Shown: one piece after another, positions 18,201-19,790 of the stretch
How the letters are laid out: every line of letters begins with the position of its first letter
How positions within the stretch are numbered: the first letter of the stretch is position 1
Notes under the pieces: generated by a model
The model's input: only the letters and a program-made list of their open reading frames with translations
Told to the model about the DNA's origin: nothing
The model's database searches: none
Program-made: the position numbers and the translations under genes
From: Octopus sinensis
Taxonomy: Eukaryota
Reading direction: 5' to 3'
Length of the DNA stretch: 19,790 nucleotides
NCBI RefSeq assembly: GCF_006345805.1
Contig: NW_021824188.1
Span: forward strand, 1 to 19,790

Positions 18201-19615
18201 TGTGTATTTCTAGAATCGAGCTTGTACTGACACCAAGACAAGACACAAGCTTGCTTACGACCCTAATTATTGCTACTCTATGTAGAACTACTGTAAAATA
18301 AGTTAAGTTAGTCGTTGAATAAATTGCTGTTCTACCGCAGGTGAGAAAATATCATATAATGCTTTATCTGCGTTTCATCATCAACACTACAACTTTGTTT
18401 CTGCAATTAAAAGAATGTTTGTCCATGATAATTAGGATTGATGTTGATTTGCAGCTGAGACCTCCATTTTAAGCAGACATAAGGACAAACTGCAATTATT
18501 ACGTGACCGTCCATAATATCATGCACCACATATGTGCCTGCATTGTGCATTGTGCTTCTTCCTTTTCAAAGCAATTTAATGCAATCTGATGGAAATCTGG
18601 CTGTTATTTCTATATCTAGTTGGTCGCTGACGCATTGGCGCTAACGTTGGTCTCAGCTCCTGGAGTTAATGATTTGTACGTTTATTTTGTATTCCATGTT
18701 GACATTAACATATATTGCTTCTATGGCTATCGTTTATATTATTTTAGGGGAAAATTTTATATAAAATATTTCTTTTATCAACAAAAAATTTGTATGTCTA
18801 CTTTCGTTTTATGTAGAGTAATATAACGTATTGCAATGAGGTGTTGTTTTAGTTGCAGAAATTCTCTGTGTCGATAGGAGTGTGTCTGTTTTATTCCGGA
18901 TACAAAATGTAGAATTATAAAGTTTACATAATATATATATATATGATGTTCCTTCTAGAATACTGAGGCTTGTGATTTGTTATGAACATAACACAGAAAA
19001 AAATGAACAAATTAGATTACTAAACGTAAGTTCATACTGCAAAATATATTGTGAAGAATTTCTTTTAAAAATACGAGGACATTCGCATATTAATACTGAA
19101 AATAAAACATACATATTTGGAGTCGTAAAAATATACAAAAACAGACATGAAAGACAATGGCCAAGCTATTTCATGACCAATTATGGAGATAGATATCGTC
19201 AGTAGTATAAACAAAAATCTGAAACAAAAGTGAAATCTTTTGCAGAAAAAACTACCGAAGAGACTCATAAAAATTTTCGTGTATTCTGTTTTGCAACAGA
19301 ACGAAAAATATATCACAGCGGAATATTACAAACATGATTACACAAAGTTGAAGAATAAAATATAGTCGTGTTGAAAAAAGAAAAAAAAACACAAGAAAAT
19401 AAAAAAAATGAGACGTGGTGGTTATTATTCAGTTATGTGAACATGCAAAGGGTTAATAAGGGAGGGTATATGAAAGAAAAAAAGACAAACCAAAGTGTAT
19501 AAACAATGGGTATGGTTCTATTTCTGTCACATATCACAGTTATATGAATGCATTTATATTTTTTAACTTAAATAAGGACATGCGCTTGCATATTTATGGA
19601 TTATATAATACATAA

Positions 19616-19752
19616 ATATACACACACGCACGTGCATAATACATACATTCATAAATATATATATATATATATATATACAAAGTCACACACAGACACAAAT
19701 ATATATATATATATATATAATTATATATATATATATAATATATATATATACA
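19616..19752. repeat. (CA)n/(TA)n microsatellite
   Basis: Direct inspection. Confidence 0.9.
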
Positions 19753-19790
19753 TATGGATGTATGTAATACGTGTACAAATACTTTTAGAG

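Noticed and set aside
18009-18629. hAT-MITE-like end caggcgaccccaac with possible partner gttggtcgctg
   Set aside because: The partner needs three gaps and there is no 8-bp TSD.
18959-19025. Plus-strand AG..GT open frame with a strong gtaagt donor (similar candidates at 3246-3295 and near 9350)
   Set aside because: Isolated AT-rich candidates with no consistent chain; expected by chance.

Overview
AT-rich, microsatellite-dense eukaryotic genomic DNA, most likely from an octopus. I infer this from recognising the tRNA-derived SINE families; it is not database-checked. Nearly all supplied ORFs are simple-repeat or SINE artefacts. The window contains copies of three tRNA-derived SINE families, including a head-to-tail dimer inside one 9-bp TSD, a decayed internally deleted Tc1/mariner element (10924-11784), a ~95-bp minisatellite and several hairpins. 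There is a tentative minus-strand spliced gene tail: 14437-14383 joined to 8335-8186, possibly preceded by 17841-17793. A second exon-like ORF lies at 7863-7652. The strongest unexpected signal is a set of Penelope-type minimal type I hammerhead ribozyme motifs beside (TA)n tracts. Two sit back-to-back in the arms of a 460-bp inverted repeat (3801-3865 minus, 3920-3984 plus), a third is at 4368-4412 (plus), and a degenerate fourth is at 10585-10623 (minus). All structures were derived by eye; no folding software or searches were run.
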